Shown: positions 20,781 through 30,565 of the stretch, piece after piece
Layout: every line of letters begins with the position of its first letter
Position numbering within the stretch: the stretch's first letter is position 1
Source: a bacterium
Lineage (GTDB): Bacteria > Electryoneota > Electryoneia > Electryoneales > Electryoneaceae
Direction of reading: 5' to 3'
DNA: 64,000 bases
Assembly: GCA_963669175.1 (NCBI GenBank)
Contig: OY769902.1
Coordinates: forward strand, 1,120,001-1,184,000
The notes under the pieces: model-generated
What the model was told of the DNA's origin: nothing
Database searches by the model: none
Seen by the model: the letters and a program-made list of their open reading frames with translations, nothing else
Made by a program: the position numbers and the translations under genes

Positions 20781-21087
20781 TGCAATGTTGTGGTAGGTCT
20801 TGACGCGACATTCCGTCTTCGTTTCACGTTATGTTTTCCTGAATGCAGGATGATCCAGAAACCACCTCTCGCCATGTCATTGTTGCGTTGTGACCTGCCA
20901 CCAGTATCAGCATCCTTGCCGTCGTCAGGTCACAATGTGATGCTTGTTGTCGATCTATCATGCGAGATATCAGGCGTGAAAATCGGACAGATGTCTGAAA
21001 GTATGGAGAAAAACAGGAAAAAGGCATCACGTCAAGACCTGACGAAACATGCGCGTCGATAATAAACACAGATTCTTGTGAGTAGCC
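20781..21087 (-). mobile_element. MITE family A, inverted copy missing one terminus
   Basis: Reverse-complement match to 14848-15180. Right end ATTCTTGTGAGTAGCC present, left IR absent. Confidence 0.85.
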
Positions 21088-21124
21088 GGAAGTAGGAATT
21101 AGGAATGCAGGCCCTGGAGTCGTT

Positions 21125-21886
21125 CTATTCTTCTATACCCAACGCATCCAGGATTTCCTGCCAGGAAGTGACAACCAGGTCGGCTTTGCTTTTGGCGCTG
21201 CGTTTATCAGGTGCTTTCACCCCATCAAAACGGATGGCACGCATGCCAAGACGTTTTGCGCCAAGGACATCCGTATGCTCAAGGTCGCCAATATGGAGGG
21301 TCTTTTCCGGGGGGATGCCCAGACGATCCAGCGCTCGCTGGAAAATAGCGGGTTTTGGCTTGGATACGCCGACTTCAAGAGAATATGCCTTCGCTTCGAA
21401 CAGGTAGTTAATGCCCCAGGTATGCAGGAGCTGATTCAACATCTTGGGGCCGGAAACACCCGTATCACAGACGATTCCCAACGGCACATAACGGTGAATG
21501 GCCGTTAATGCTTCAACAGCGCCCTCGACCAATACGGGCGGGCGGTTCAGAATGACACGTTCAATCGCATCGGCGAGGCCATCGACCAGACGCGGGCTCA
21601 GGCGAAGGTTCAATTCGGACAGGATAAAGGCCACACAATCCAACGGGCCTGGTGTCAGGTTGTTGTCTTTCCACTGGGAACGCCAGAATTCGGAAAAGTG
21701 GTCAAATGCTGTGCGGATCGCATCACGATCAACAGAATACCTGCGAGTTTGCAACCAGGCAAACGCTGCATCAGCGCGCGCATGTTGGCGAGCTTCATAC
21801 CCCTGATCGTTAGCCAGCGAATCCCAGAAATCAACCGTGATCGCTTCAATCACATGTCCTTTTAACCGCAACACAGACGAAGTCAT
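21125..21886 (-). CDS. HAD-superfamily hydrolase
   Basis: DFWDSL motif I, KPKPAIF, HIGDLEHTDVLGA motif IV. Confidence 0.9.
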   Translation of the reverse strand: MTSSVLRLKGHVIEAITVDFWDSLANDQGYEARQHARADAAFAWLQTRRYSVDRDAIRTAFDHFSEFWRSQWKDNNLTPGPLDCVAFILSELNLRLSPRLVDGLADAIERVILNRPPVLVEGAVEALTAIHRYVPLGIVCDTGVSGPKMLNQLLHTWGINYLFEAKAYSLEVGVSKPKPAIFQRALDRLGIPPEKTLHIGDLEHTDVLGAKRLGMRAIRFDGVKAPDKRSAKSKADLVVTSWQEILDALGIEE

Positions 21887-22379
21887 CGCTATTTCCCGGT
21901 TTCCCCTATTGCAAATCTAAGAATGGAAGGTGACTTTCTACCGCAATTTCTATCTGCATAAAATGTTGCGATGCAATATACACTATTTACGTCTCATGGG
22001 CAGATTGTACGTACAAAACAGGCAGGAAAATGGAGCCAGAACTGGAAGTGATCCAACAGGCATACAGAGTTAAAGAGGGTGGATAGATTATTTGCAGATT
22101 TCAATAGATACGTGTTGTTCAAACGGGGCAAAGTTAAAGTTGTAGTGCAACACTCGCTTGACATGCCGCTATTTTATCGTGGATTTCTTTCAAAATTGCT
22201 CTCGCGGCACTCAAGGTTTTGGATCCTGGTCCGATGAGGGAAATGAAGACGCATGTCTTCCGGGCCCCCCGGAGTCCCGTAAAAGGCGCAGGAACCATCC
22301 GGATATATAGCGCTTTACCATTCCCCCGTAGCGCGGGGGTCCCCCACATGGCGGGGCGAGGGTAAAGCGCTATTTTTAT

Positions 22380-22849
22380 GGCTGTTCACAAGAATTTATG
22401 CATATTATCCGGAAACCAGGGAAACTAGGGACAGACGGTAGTTTCTGTTGGCACTCATTTAATCCCAACCGCAGCTCTGTAGCAAAAACTACCGTCTGTC
22501 CCTAGTTTCGGTCCGTCCCTAGTTTCGTGTCCTAGTTTCGTCCACCGTCTGTCCCTAGTTTCGTCCCTAGTTTCGTCCCTAGTTTCCTCTAGTTTCCTAG
22601 TTTCCGCAGACATCTGTCCGACTTCACACCTGCTATTTCGCATGATAGATCGTCATCAGGTATCACGTTGTGACCTGACGACAGCGAGAGTGCTGATACC
22701 GGTGGCAGGTCACAACGCGATAATAACAGGACGAGAGGTGGTTTCAGTATCATCGTGCATTCAGGAAAAAATAGCGAAAGCCGAAAACGGAAAGTCGCGT
22801 CAAGACCTGCCACAACACTACCTCAGTACACCAATTCTTGTGAAGAACC
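22380..22849 (+). mobile_element. MITE family A variant with an internal foreign 24-bp IR and CTAGTTTC tandem array
   Basis: Both terminal IRs present, 8-bp direct repeat ATTTTTAT on both sides, perfect IR 22421-22444/22486-22509, eight CTAGTTTC units up to ~22604. Confidence 0.88.
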
Positions 22850-22952
22850 ATTTTTATATTCAGTTTATTACAGAGTGTATTGCCAAGAGGGTATAATTTT
22901 ACGAGATTTCTGCTACTGATTTCTTTCAAACACAAGGCGAAAAGGTTAATCG

Positions 22953-23750
22953 ATGTCCCCTTCAGCACATATCGTATCCTATACGGATGTCGCGATATCG
23001 CTCGGATTTGTTGTGATTGCGGTTGTGCTATCCCTTGTTTTGAAACTGGGGTTGGCGAAAAACCTGATCATCGCGACACTTCGCACCGCGCTGCAACTCG
23101 GTCTGGCCGGGTTGGCGCTGGGGGCGGTGTTTCAGTGGCGCAGCCTGCCCATGCTGTTGTTGTTGCTGGGTGTGATGATTCTCCTGGCAGGACGTGAAGC
23201 GGTATCACGGCAAAAAATCAAGTTGAAGGGAATCTGGAAAGATGCTTTTGCGGCGCTGTTGGCCTGTACGGTTACCGTAGGGTTTACCGTGACCGCTGTG
23301 GTCGTGCGTGCCGATCCCTGGTATACACCATCCGTGTTCATCCCGCTCGTTGGTATGGTCATCGGGAATACACTCAACGGCATCACGCTGACGCTGGATC
23401 GTTTTCTGTCCGGTTGCGCGACACAACGAAACGTGATCGAAGCGCGGCTGGTCCTGGGTGCGAATGCTTCCGAAGCAACACGTCCGCTGTTACGTGATGC
23501 CCTGCGTGCCGGGATGACCCCCATAATCAACGCCATGATGATTGTCGGTGTGATCAGCCTTCCGGGCGTATTGACCGGGCAGTTGCTGGGTGGCGCCGAT
23601 CCGAAAAATGCGGTGCTGTACCAGATGATCGTGATGTACATGCTGGCTGCATCGTATGCCATCGGTAGTATGACAGTGGCCTTCCTTGCGCGACGCAGGA
23701 TATTTACCGCAGACCTGGCAATCCGGCCGGATTTGGTGGTAACTGAGTGA
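22953..23750 (+). CDS. fetB: FetB/UPF0014 (YbbM-like) ABC permease
   Basis: LRTALQL, IPLVGMVIGN, VGVISLPGVLTGQLLGGADP..AVLYQ motifs. Confidence 0.88.
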   Translation: MSPSAHIVSYTDVAISLGFVVIAVVLSLVLKLGLAKNLIIATLRTALQLGLAGLALGAVFQWRSLPMLLLLLGVMILLAGREAVSRQKIKLKGIWKDAFAALLACTVTVGFTVTAVVVRADPWYTPSVFIPLVGMVIGNTLNGITLTLDRFLSGCATQRNVIEARLVLGANASEATRPLLRDALRAGMTPIINAMMIVGVISLPGVLTGQLLGGADPKNAVLYQMIVMYMLAASYAIGSMTVAFLARRRIFTADLAIRPDLVVTE

Positions 23751-23813
23751 AAAAAGTGGGAAGTGAAAAAGGTGAAAAAAGGTAGCCCGGCCATGCCTGG
23801 CCGGGAATGCACG

Positions 23814-24608
23814 CTAATTCCTACTTGATTTCTTCCCTCCTCCGTGGATCAGTTTCCGGTTGTTGTCCTGCCATTCCTGCACCCATTCGTAGTCGGGGTG
23901 AGTCCTTTCCTTCTCACGGAACGCCTTATCGTGGACGCGTTTTTTCCCTTTCGGTTGAAGAGCGTGCAGCATTTCATGGAAGATGATAAAACGCACCACT
24001 CGTTCGGGTACATCAGGTTGGTCCATAACCGGGTGTATGGTGATCAGGTTCAGGTCATGACGATAGGAGCCCAATCGTCGTGTTCGGGCGCGTTGACGGG
24101 TATTATCCCGTCCCCAGGTGATAGACGCGGTTATCCTGTTATTGAAGTATTCCTGATTAACACTTCTCGCTAATGGGGCCAGGTCGTGAACGAAGCCTTG
24201 TGTGATAAGGTACTTTTTATGTTGAACAGTTACAGTATCGGGTGGAGCGAGTGGGAGCGGCAGGGTTCCATCTTTTGCTTCGGTCAGTGGCGGAAAATTG
24301 GGGTCGGGCTGTGAGCTTTGCGATCCCGTAGATACTTCAATCCCACGGACGAAGTTGCGGATCTGTTCCGGAACTCCACGTTTTGGGCTGTCCATCCAGC
24401 CGGCCAGCGCGTTGATCACTTCGGGCGGCGCGAAAAGGAATTTCTCGTGGATACGCAACCGTATGATTGTGCCATCACTTTTAAACGACACCATGCGAAC
24501 CCGGTTTCGTGTTACAGTGACATGCACAATTTTCCCCACTCGCGCGGACAGGCGGGTTTCCAGTTGTGAAATAGCGGCAATTTCTTGACGTGAAGGCGGG
24601 GTTGGCAT
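23814..24608 (-). CDS. SprT-like/YgjP-type zinc metalloprotease domain protein
   Basis: LGSY...ITIHPVMD...IIFHEMLH...HDKAF motif. Confidence 0.75.
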   Translation of the reverse strand: MPTPPSRQEIAAISQLETRLSARVGKIVHVTVTRNRVRMVSFKSDGTIIRLRIHEKFLFAPPEVINALAGWMDSPKRGVPEQIRNFVRGIEVSTGSQSSQPDPNFPPLTEAKDGTLPLPLAPPDTVTVQHKKYLITQGFVHDLAPLARSVNQEYFNNRITASITWGRDNTRQRARTRRLGSYRHDLNLITIHPVMDQPDVPERVVRFIIFHEMLHALQPKGKKRVHDKAFREKERTHPDYEWVQEWQDNNRKLIHGGGKKSSRN

Positions 24609-24620
24609 GGAACCTCAATC

Positions 24621-26021
24621 TCAGGGTAAATAGACCGCACGATAGCTTTCGGAACGTCCTGTCCCGGTTTCCGTTACCCGGACAATATACAAACCGGAAG
24701 GTAGCCCGGAAAAATCCAGATCGTGCCGCACTGAACCAGTGAAGACAGAACGGCCATCCTTCACTACGATACGTTGACCAAGGAGGTTGTACACGCTGAT
24801 CGAGTATGCTGTCGAAGGGATAGCCTGAAAATTCAGTCGCAGAACAGAATTGAATGGATTGGGTGAAAGTGTTGCCAGGATAGGTGTATAGGGCTGAGGT
24901 GAAATGGCGTCGGCTTCAGGATAGACGCTTGAATACCAACTAAGTGCCGGAAGTGCATTGTTCTCGAAATCAAACACGGCCAGGTTTTCCCAGGGGCATC
25001 CTAAATCGTCCGACACCACCCAGGCCGGTTCCCACAGGCAGATCCCACCACCACGACCATCGGGTATAGAGGCTACCAACTCCTCTAATTCATCGAAAAA
25101 GCGTTTCTGATCACCGGGGGTGGCAGAATATCCGGCAGGCAATTGGCCTTGATTATACACGAAATTGTTTGTGTCGTCGTTATAATCGAAGGTCCAGGGA
25201 AACGCTGTTTCCACAATCCAGACCGGTTTGTTGTAGCGCGTGGCAAGGTCATCCAGATTGGTTTCCAGCGCCGACAACTCCCCATGCCACCAGGGATAAT
25301 AGGAAAGTCCGATCAGGTCGTAGGGGACGCTATACTCCTCGATGTGATCGAAGAACCAGCGCGATCCGGTATTGTCGCCTCCGTCATGGACGTGAAGCAT
25401 TATGTCGGGTTGAAGGTGATCAGGCAGTGAATCGGTTACGGCGTTGGAAGCAGCGGTTAGAAGAGTTGTGAATTGTGTCCATTGATCCGGTGTATCCCAT
25501 TCGCTTCCGTCCCATCCAACCCGCCCCTCGTTCCATAAAAATCCGGGACGTATTTCATTGCCGATCTGGACGATGGAAGGCAGGGCATCAGCCTGCTGAA
25601 AGCGACGAATCACACTGTTGGTATACTGGTAGACCGAATCAGTCAGGAGACCCAACTCAAGGTCTTGCCATGCTGACGGTTTAGCCTGGTGTTCCGGATC
25701 GGCCCAGGTGTCGGAAAAGTGAATGTCCAGCATGATCTCGAAGCCGGCGTTTGTGACACGCCGGGCAAAGGCAATCGTTGAATCGATGCCATGCCAGGGG
25801 TCATTCGGTGTATGCCAGAGACGGAGCCGTATGATACTGTATCCGGCATCGTGGAACAGGGGCAGGATGTCTGCGTGGGATCCATCAATCGTATACTCGA
25901 CACCGGAATACTCAAGGCGTGGCACATAGGACAGGTCGGCCCCTGCCAGCATGCCTTGTGAGTGGCAGACGGCGGCCCACAGCAGCAGAAAAGACAATAT
26001 CAGGTGATGTTTTCTGACCAT
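24621..26021 (-). CDS. GH53 arabinogalactan endo-beta-1,4-galactanase with C-terminal sorting domain
   Basis: GADLS, HFSDTWADP, VQIGNE, GLSYYPWWHG, IVETA, WEPAW, plus PNPFN CTD. Confidence 0.92.
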   Translation of the reverse strand: MVRKHHLILSFLLLWAAVCHSQGMLAGADLSYVPRLEYSGVEYTIDGSHADILPLFHDAGYSIIRLRLWHTPNDPWHGIDSTIAFARRVTNAGFEIMLDIHFSDTWADPEHQAKPSAWQDLELGLLTDSVYQYTNSVIRRFQQADALPSIVQIGNEIRPGFLWNEGRVGWDGSEWDTPDQWTQFTTLLTAASNAVTDSLPDHLQPDIMLHVHDGGDNTGSRWFFDHIEEYSVPYDLIGLSYYPWWHGELSALETNLDDLATRYNKPVWIVETAFPWTFDYNDDTNNFVYNQGQLPAGYSATPGDQKRFFDELEELVASIPDGRGGGICLWEPAWVVSDDLGCPWENLAVFDFENNALPALSWYSSVYPEADAISPQPYTPILATLSPNPFNSVLRLNFQAIPSTAYSISVYNLLGQRIVVKDGRSVFTGSVRHDLDFSGLPSGLYIVRVTETGTGRSESYRAVYLP

Positions 26022-26102
26022 CAGATCAAGCCTAAAAAGAAAACCGGCGAGAGTAAAGTATACCCTCGCCGGTGAACAAGCAACTTGAATTTGAATGCCG
26101 AC

Positions 26103-26903
26103 TTAGTGGATCAGCTTGATCTCAAAGTCGGAAATTGTAGCGCTATCGAAGATACCGTCGCTCGGCTGAGAGTAGCCGTGTGAAGTGTTATCGATTACGC
26201 AGATCCAGGTTTGACCTTCAACGTATGTGCCGGTATCGAATTCTTCGTATTCACCCGCTTCGTTCACTAATACGTGGAAAGGAGAATCAAAGGACTCACC
26301 GCTGGCATAATTCTGGAACTGAGTTTCGCTCAGCACGATGAACTCGAGGCTGTAATCGCCAACCCACGAAGCCAGATTCCAGGAGAAACCAAGAAGACCG
26401 GTTGCAGGAAGTTCGATCGGATCAGTGTACATATACTGGTTACCCGGCAGGGTAAAGGTGTTGTATGTTGCCAGGACTTCTTCTTCCGGTTCCGGGACGT
26501 TCATGGTCACGCGGCAGGTTTTGGTCTCATCTACATTGTAGGTGAAGGTGATGGTGGCGGAGTAGTCACCATAGTCAAGACCGCTACGGGAACCGTAAAC
26601 GGTGAGTTCAAAGGGATCTTCGCCTTCGATCAGGGTACCTTCCTCGAAAGAAAGAGAAACCCAGTCTTCATCGACTGCAGCAGTCCATACGAGAGTGTCA
26701 ACACCGCTGTTTTCCATGGTCAGGGTCTTGAATGTAAGTTCAGAACCCAAGCTCAGCGATGAAACAGACAGGGACAGCACGGGCTCGGTCGTGCTCGGGC
26801 CTGTGGTGTCATCATCATCGTCATCATCGTCGCCAGAATCACAACCAATGGCGAAAACCAGCAATGCCGCCATCAACAACCAACTCAACTTACGCAACTT
26901 CAT
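26103..26903 (-). CDS. Lipoprotein with BACON/Ig-like domain
   Basis: Lipobox AIGC, poly-Asp linker, LVWTAAVDEDWVSLS BACON-like pattern. Confidence 0.7.
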   Translation of the reverse strand: MKLRKLSWLLMAALLVFAIGCDSGDDDDDDDDTTGPSTTEPVLSLSVSSLSLGSELTFKTLTMENSGVDTLVWTAAVDEDWVSLSFEEGTLIEGEDPFELTVYGSRSGLDYGDYSATITFTYNVDETKTCRVTMNVPEPEEEVLATYNTFTLPGNQYMYTDPIELPATGLLGFSWNLASWVGDYSLEFIVLSETQFQNYASGESFDSPFHVLVNEAGEYEEFDTGTYVEGQTWICVIDNTSHGYSQPSDGIFDSATISDFEIKLIH

Positions 26904-27216
26904 CTACTTAACCTCCTTTTAGGATTAAACAAAGAACTCCACCTATCGTACTCGCCCAAATATCGCGAAGTAACATGGATCTTCGTCACGGTGGGTTTTG
27001 GCTCCTCTTGTGCAGTATTTCACAAAAAGGACACTGCGGCGAAGATAAGAATACAGGCGGGGCAGCGCAAACCGTAACTAGTCGTAATACTTTCCACTTA
27101 CGTACTAAACCACGCTTCTACTCCCGGTTAGCTGAATTAGCGGGGAGAGACGGCGAGCTAAATTGCGTAATATTAGATTATTGTTAGAAATAGTCGCAAT
27201 TACACCTCACGTTCAT

Positions 27217-28809
27217 TTACAAATCTTCGTGGAGATACTTGCCCCTGTGCCTGCCACGCTCTTCCAGACGCCTGACGACACGGATAGCTTTGTGTCCTTC
27301 TACAGGGCATTTATCCTCACAGATGCCGCAGCCGATACAACGTCCGGTGCGAACAAAGGGCTCGAGGAAGGGACGTTCCGTTCCATCGTCAAGGATGGCA
27401 ACTTTCGGGCGAAACTCAATTGCCTTGGGCGATGTCGGACAGTGTTCCTCGCAAACGATGCAGTTCTCTTTGTCCTTGTACGGGATGCAGATTTCCTTGT
27501 AAATCTCTGCAACGCCCATTTTAGTCCGTTTTTTCTCTTCAAGCGGGATGGGTTCTATGGCTTCTGTGGGGCAGACCAGGCCGCAGAGGTTGCAGGTAAA
27601 CTCGCAATAGCCGCTGGAATAGTCTGCAATCGGACTCCAGAAAGCCTGAACGCCTTCTTCAAAATGCAGGGGCTGCAAACATTTGCCCGTGGTGGAACAG
27701 ATCCGTACGCATTCATTGCACCGGATACAACGATCCAGGAATTCAGCTTCTTCTCGTGCGCCCGGGGGACGGATCAACCACTGGCTGGTAGTAACGGTGG
27801 GATCAAGGAAGTGAATCGCCACTCCGGTTCCAACACCACCGGCAACGGTTCCGATAGCAGAACGTCGTCCCAGGTCAACAGCGCTGAGTTGGCGCGACGG
27901 TTTGCGGAAAGTGAAAATGGTTTTACCCTTACGGCAGTCATCTGCACAGTTCAGGCAAAGGATACACTCGGATTTTTCCGTGGTCTCGAAATCATCCTCG
28001 ATAGCGCCCATTTTGCAGCGTTTACTGCATAACCCGCATTCTGTGCAGGTATCCTCGACAACGACCCGCTGCAGCAAGCTGAACTTGGCAACCAGTCCCA
28101 GCAGAGCGCCCAGTGGACACAACCTGCGGCACCAGAAACGGCGTGAAATGGCTGACAGGCCCAGGATGATGACGAACATGACGGCTACGACAAACCAGCC
28201 GGTTATAACATGCGTTTCAAGCGGAGTAATGGTAAAGGTGAACCAGTCGTAGCTTTCATACAACCAGTCCCAATTTGCGCCAAGGTTGATCAACAGGTTG
28301 AAGAAACCGTTCAAACCGAGCGTCAGTCCGGGGAATATGACTGCGCCAAAGGTGCGCCAGGTCAGCGGAATAGGGTCAAGAATCCAGACAAACTGCACGC
28401 CTGAAATCGCTGCGATAACAAAGAAGACCAGGAACCAGGTTTTCAGGGGCCGCAGTTTTGTCCGTCCGATTTTTCCCTGGTTTTTCGGCGCCCAGAGTCG
28501 GTCTGCAATATCCACCATGACACCGAGAGGGCAGACCCAGCCACAGAAACTGCGTCCCAGGACCAGGGTCAGCAACAGAACAGCAATCCCGAACAGGAAC
28601 CAGGGGAGGAACTTGTGGGCGGCGAACATGGTCGTCAAACCGGCGAGCGGGTCCATCCACAGGAAAATCTCAGGCGGAAGGAGCGGTCTGAAAGGATACG
28701 TGGCCTGTAGAACGGTTAAAAGAAAAAGGGCAAACAGCGTGAGTTGCACAGTTTGCCGGACGTGGACCTTGGTACTCGCTTTGCGCTTACGTCTTCGTAA
28801 TTTTATCAC
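27217..28809 (-). CDS. Membrane 4Fe-4S polyferredoxin (NapH/MauN-like fused to NapG/MauM-like domain)
   Basis: GRSFCGWVCPLG, RFWCRRLCPLG, several CxxCxxCxxxCP motifs, IRPPGA. Confidence 0.88.
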   Translation of the reverse strand: MIKLRRRKRKASTKVHVRQTVQLTLFALFLLTVLQATYPFRPLLPPEIFLWMDPLAGLTTMFAAHKFLPWFLFGIAVLLLTLVLGRSFCGWVCPLGVMVDIADRLWAPKNQGKIGRTKLRPLKTWFLVFFVIAAISGVQFVWILDPIPLTWRTFGAVIFPGLTLGLNGFFNLLINLGANWDWLYESYDWFTFTITPLETHVITGWFVVAVMFVIILGLSAISRRFWCRRLCPLGALLGLVAKFSLLQRVVVEDTCTECGLCSKRCKMGAIEDDFETTEKSECILCLNCADDCRKGKTIFTFRKPSRQLSAVDLGRRSAIGTVAGGVGTGVAIHFLDPTVTTSQWLIRPPGAREEAEFLDRCIRCNECVRICSTTGKCLQPLHFEEGVQAFWSPIADYSSGYCEFTCNLCGLVCPTEAIEPIPLEEKKRTKMGVAEIYKEICIPYKDKENCIVCEEHCPTSPKAIEFRPKVAILDDGTERPFLEPFVRTGRCIGCGICEDKCPVEGHKAIRVVRRLEERGRHRGKYLHEDL

Positions 28810-28862
28810 AATCAGGAGTCTACCGTTTGTGTAACGTGCCTGGCGCCTGGTAAATCGGCTGG

Positions 28863-30488
28863 CTATTGCCAGATTTTTTCAATCTTGGCGCCCTGGTAGA
28901 AGGTAGTTAAAATTTTCTTGTACTTCGACCCCTTGTAGGCCATCACTCCGGCCGCGGTCTGATCCATACCAACACCATGTCCAAACCCGGCGCCCAGGAA
29001 GGAAACTTCAAGCAAAGCGCCGAGATCACCCATGACAGGTTCAACAATGAAACAGGAGCTGGCAAGGGTTGTTTCAGACAATACCCGGCGAATATTCAAT
29101 TCGCCATGAAGGATATAATTCCGGTGACTTCCGAGGATTTCCAACTCGATAATTCTGCCGGAAACTCCACGGCGTAGCGGTTGCAAATCTATCAGGGTAC
29201 CGATATCGAAGCCAAGTTTGCGCTTGATGGTTTTTTCCAGGTCACGGCGTGAAACAGTTACTTCCCAACGGAAATACCGTGCATTCCGGTCCAACATTTC
29301 AATGCCGGTGCCGCGTGGATTGGAATAACTCTCCGGGTATTCCATAATCCATTTTTCCACATCTACTTCACGGGTCAGGTCATAGGTGAATTTGTCATTG
29401 TCAACCAGGAGAGGGATACCGACAAGGGCCGTGTCGGCAGGCGGGTTCCAGAATTCCTTGCTTTCCGTATGTCCGCCGCTGTTTGCAGCGAAATAGGCCT
29501 CGAGGATGGAATTGCCCACGACCAGGACTTCGCCGGATGTTTCATCCACAGCCTGGTTGGTCTTCTCCTTTGAATGTGTGGTGCCTGAATATACCTGGAA
29601 CGCGACTGTAGCCGGGAAATCCACCGGCTCCGATGGTAAAACCTTGCACCAGCGCGACAAGGTATAACTACGGGCTGCTACTGCCTGTGCTTTTAATGCT
29701 TCGAAGGGATAAGTGAAGTGCATTTCGGAAGGGACAACCCCTTTCAGATATTCATCGAGAACGATTTCGTTCAGGATCAGCATATCACCTTCGTGCCCAA
29801 TCCTGATTTCAATGGCGCCCTTGTAGGAACGATCTTCTACCCGTTCCCAGTGGAACCCGGCGCCGACACGGATATCATAGATGGTAACTTCCGTACTGTC
29901 CGTTTCCGGAACCAGACGAAAGCCGTTATTGATCATCGCGTTGCGATCATATTCAGCATCATATAATTCAAGTACTCCAGTGGCATCTTCTATGCGATGG
30001 CGGAAAATGCGTGGAGCTGGAGTTTCCGGTGTTGTAAAAGCGTCAACTTCTGACAGAGCATCTTCTTCATTTTCGAATTCGCCGACCACGACACGCCACA
30101 TCTTTCCATCGTGGATTGAGCGCCCATTCATAATCAGCTCTCGTCCCTGTGGGATGACGAGAGGTTCCAGCCCCTCTTTTTCCAGCTTGTCCGCCAGTCT
30201 TTTGGCATTATCTTCAAGTGAAAAAGTGCCGAGTATGATACTATATACGAAGGTGGCAGCTTCGGAATCATCAATCTTGCATCGCCAGCGTCGATCAGTT
30301 TTTATCTTTCCAAACAGCGTATCACCAGCGAGAGAAACAACACTGAAGGGACCGTGAACACGGAAATCGACTTGATCGTATCCGCTCATCAGGCCAACAC
30401 GTACCACGGGTTGTGCGCCATTTTGAAGCGTACGCTGTGAAGCTGCCTCGATGGAATCAGACTTGTTTGCAGTAGTGGCAAGATTCAT
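28863..30488 (-). CDS. SpoIID/LytB-domain protein with SPOR-like insert
   Basis: EYLKGVVPSEM, EALKAQAVAARSY, GFGHGVGMDQ. GGAAGGAG RBS before ATG 30488. Confidence 0.9.
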   Translation of the reverse strand: MNLATTANKSDSIEAASQRTLQNGAQPVVRVGLMSGYDQVDFRVHGPFSVVSLAGDTLFGKIKTDRRWRCKIDDSEAATFVYSIILGTFSLEDNAKRLADKLEKEGLEPLVIPQGRELIMNGRSIHDGKMWRVVVGEFENEEDALSEVDAFTTPETPAPRIFRHRIEDATGVLELYDAEYDRNAMINNGFRLVPETDSTEVTIYDIRVGAGFHWERVEDRSYKGAIEIRIGHEGDMLILNEIVLDEYLKGVVPSEMHFTYPFEALKAQAVAARSYTLSRWCKVLPSEPVDFPATVAFQVYSGTTHSKEKTNQAVDETSGEVLVVGNSILEAYFAANSGGHTESKEFWNPPADTALVGIPLLVDNDKFTYDLTREVDVEKWIMEYPESYSNPRGTGIEMLDRNARYFRWEVTVSRRDLEKTIKRKLGFDIGTLIDLQPLRRGVSGRIIELEILGSHRNYILHGELNIRRVLSETTLASSCFIVEPVMGDLGALLEVSFLGAGFGHGVGMDQTAAGVMAYKGSKYKKILTTFYQGAKIEKIWQ

Positions 30489-30565
30489 CGTGTCTCCTTC
30501 CAAATGCGGTCCGTCTTGTGCAAGAACAAGGGGTAACCCTCCACAGCCAACCAAGAGGCAACTGA

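Noticed and set aside
22225-22295. Hammerhead ribozyme (CCGATGA...GTAAA)
   Set aside because: The core deviates from the required CUGANGA and GAAA
22500-22606. CRISPR array
   Set aside because: Units are 8-13 bp with no unique spacers, and there are no cas genes
26810-26832. TCA/TCG triplet run as a phase-variable repeat
   Set aside because: In-frame imperfect triplets encoding an ordinary poly-Asp lipoprotein linker
27163-28032. 289-aa plus-strand ORF (similarly 742-1371, 19043-20008, 23132-23812, 35067-35861, 38260-38991, 41157-41897, 44972-45757)
   Set aside because: Antisense shadows of well-supported genes with no recognisable motifs
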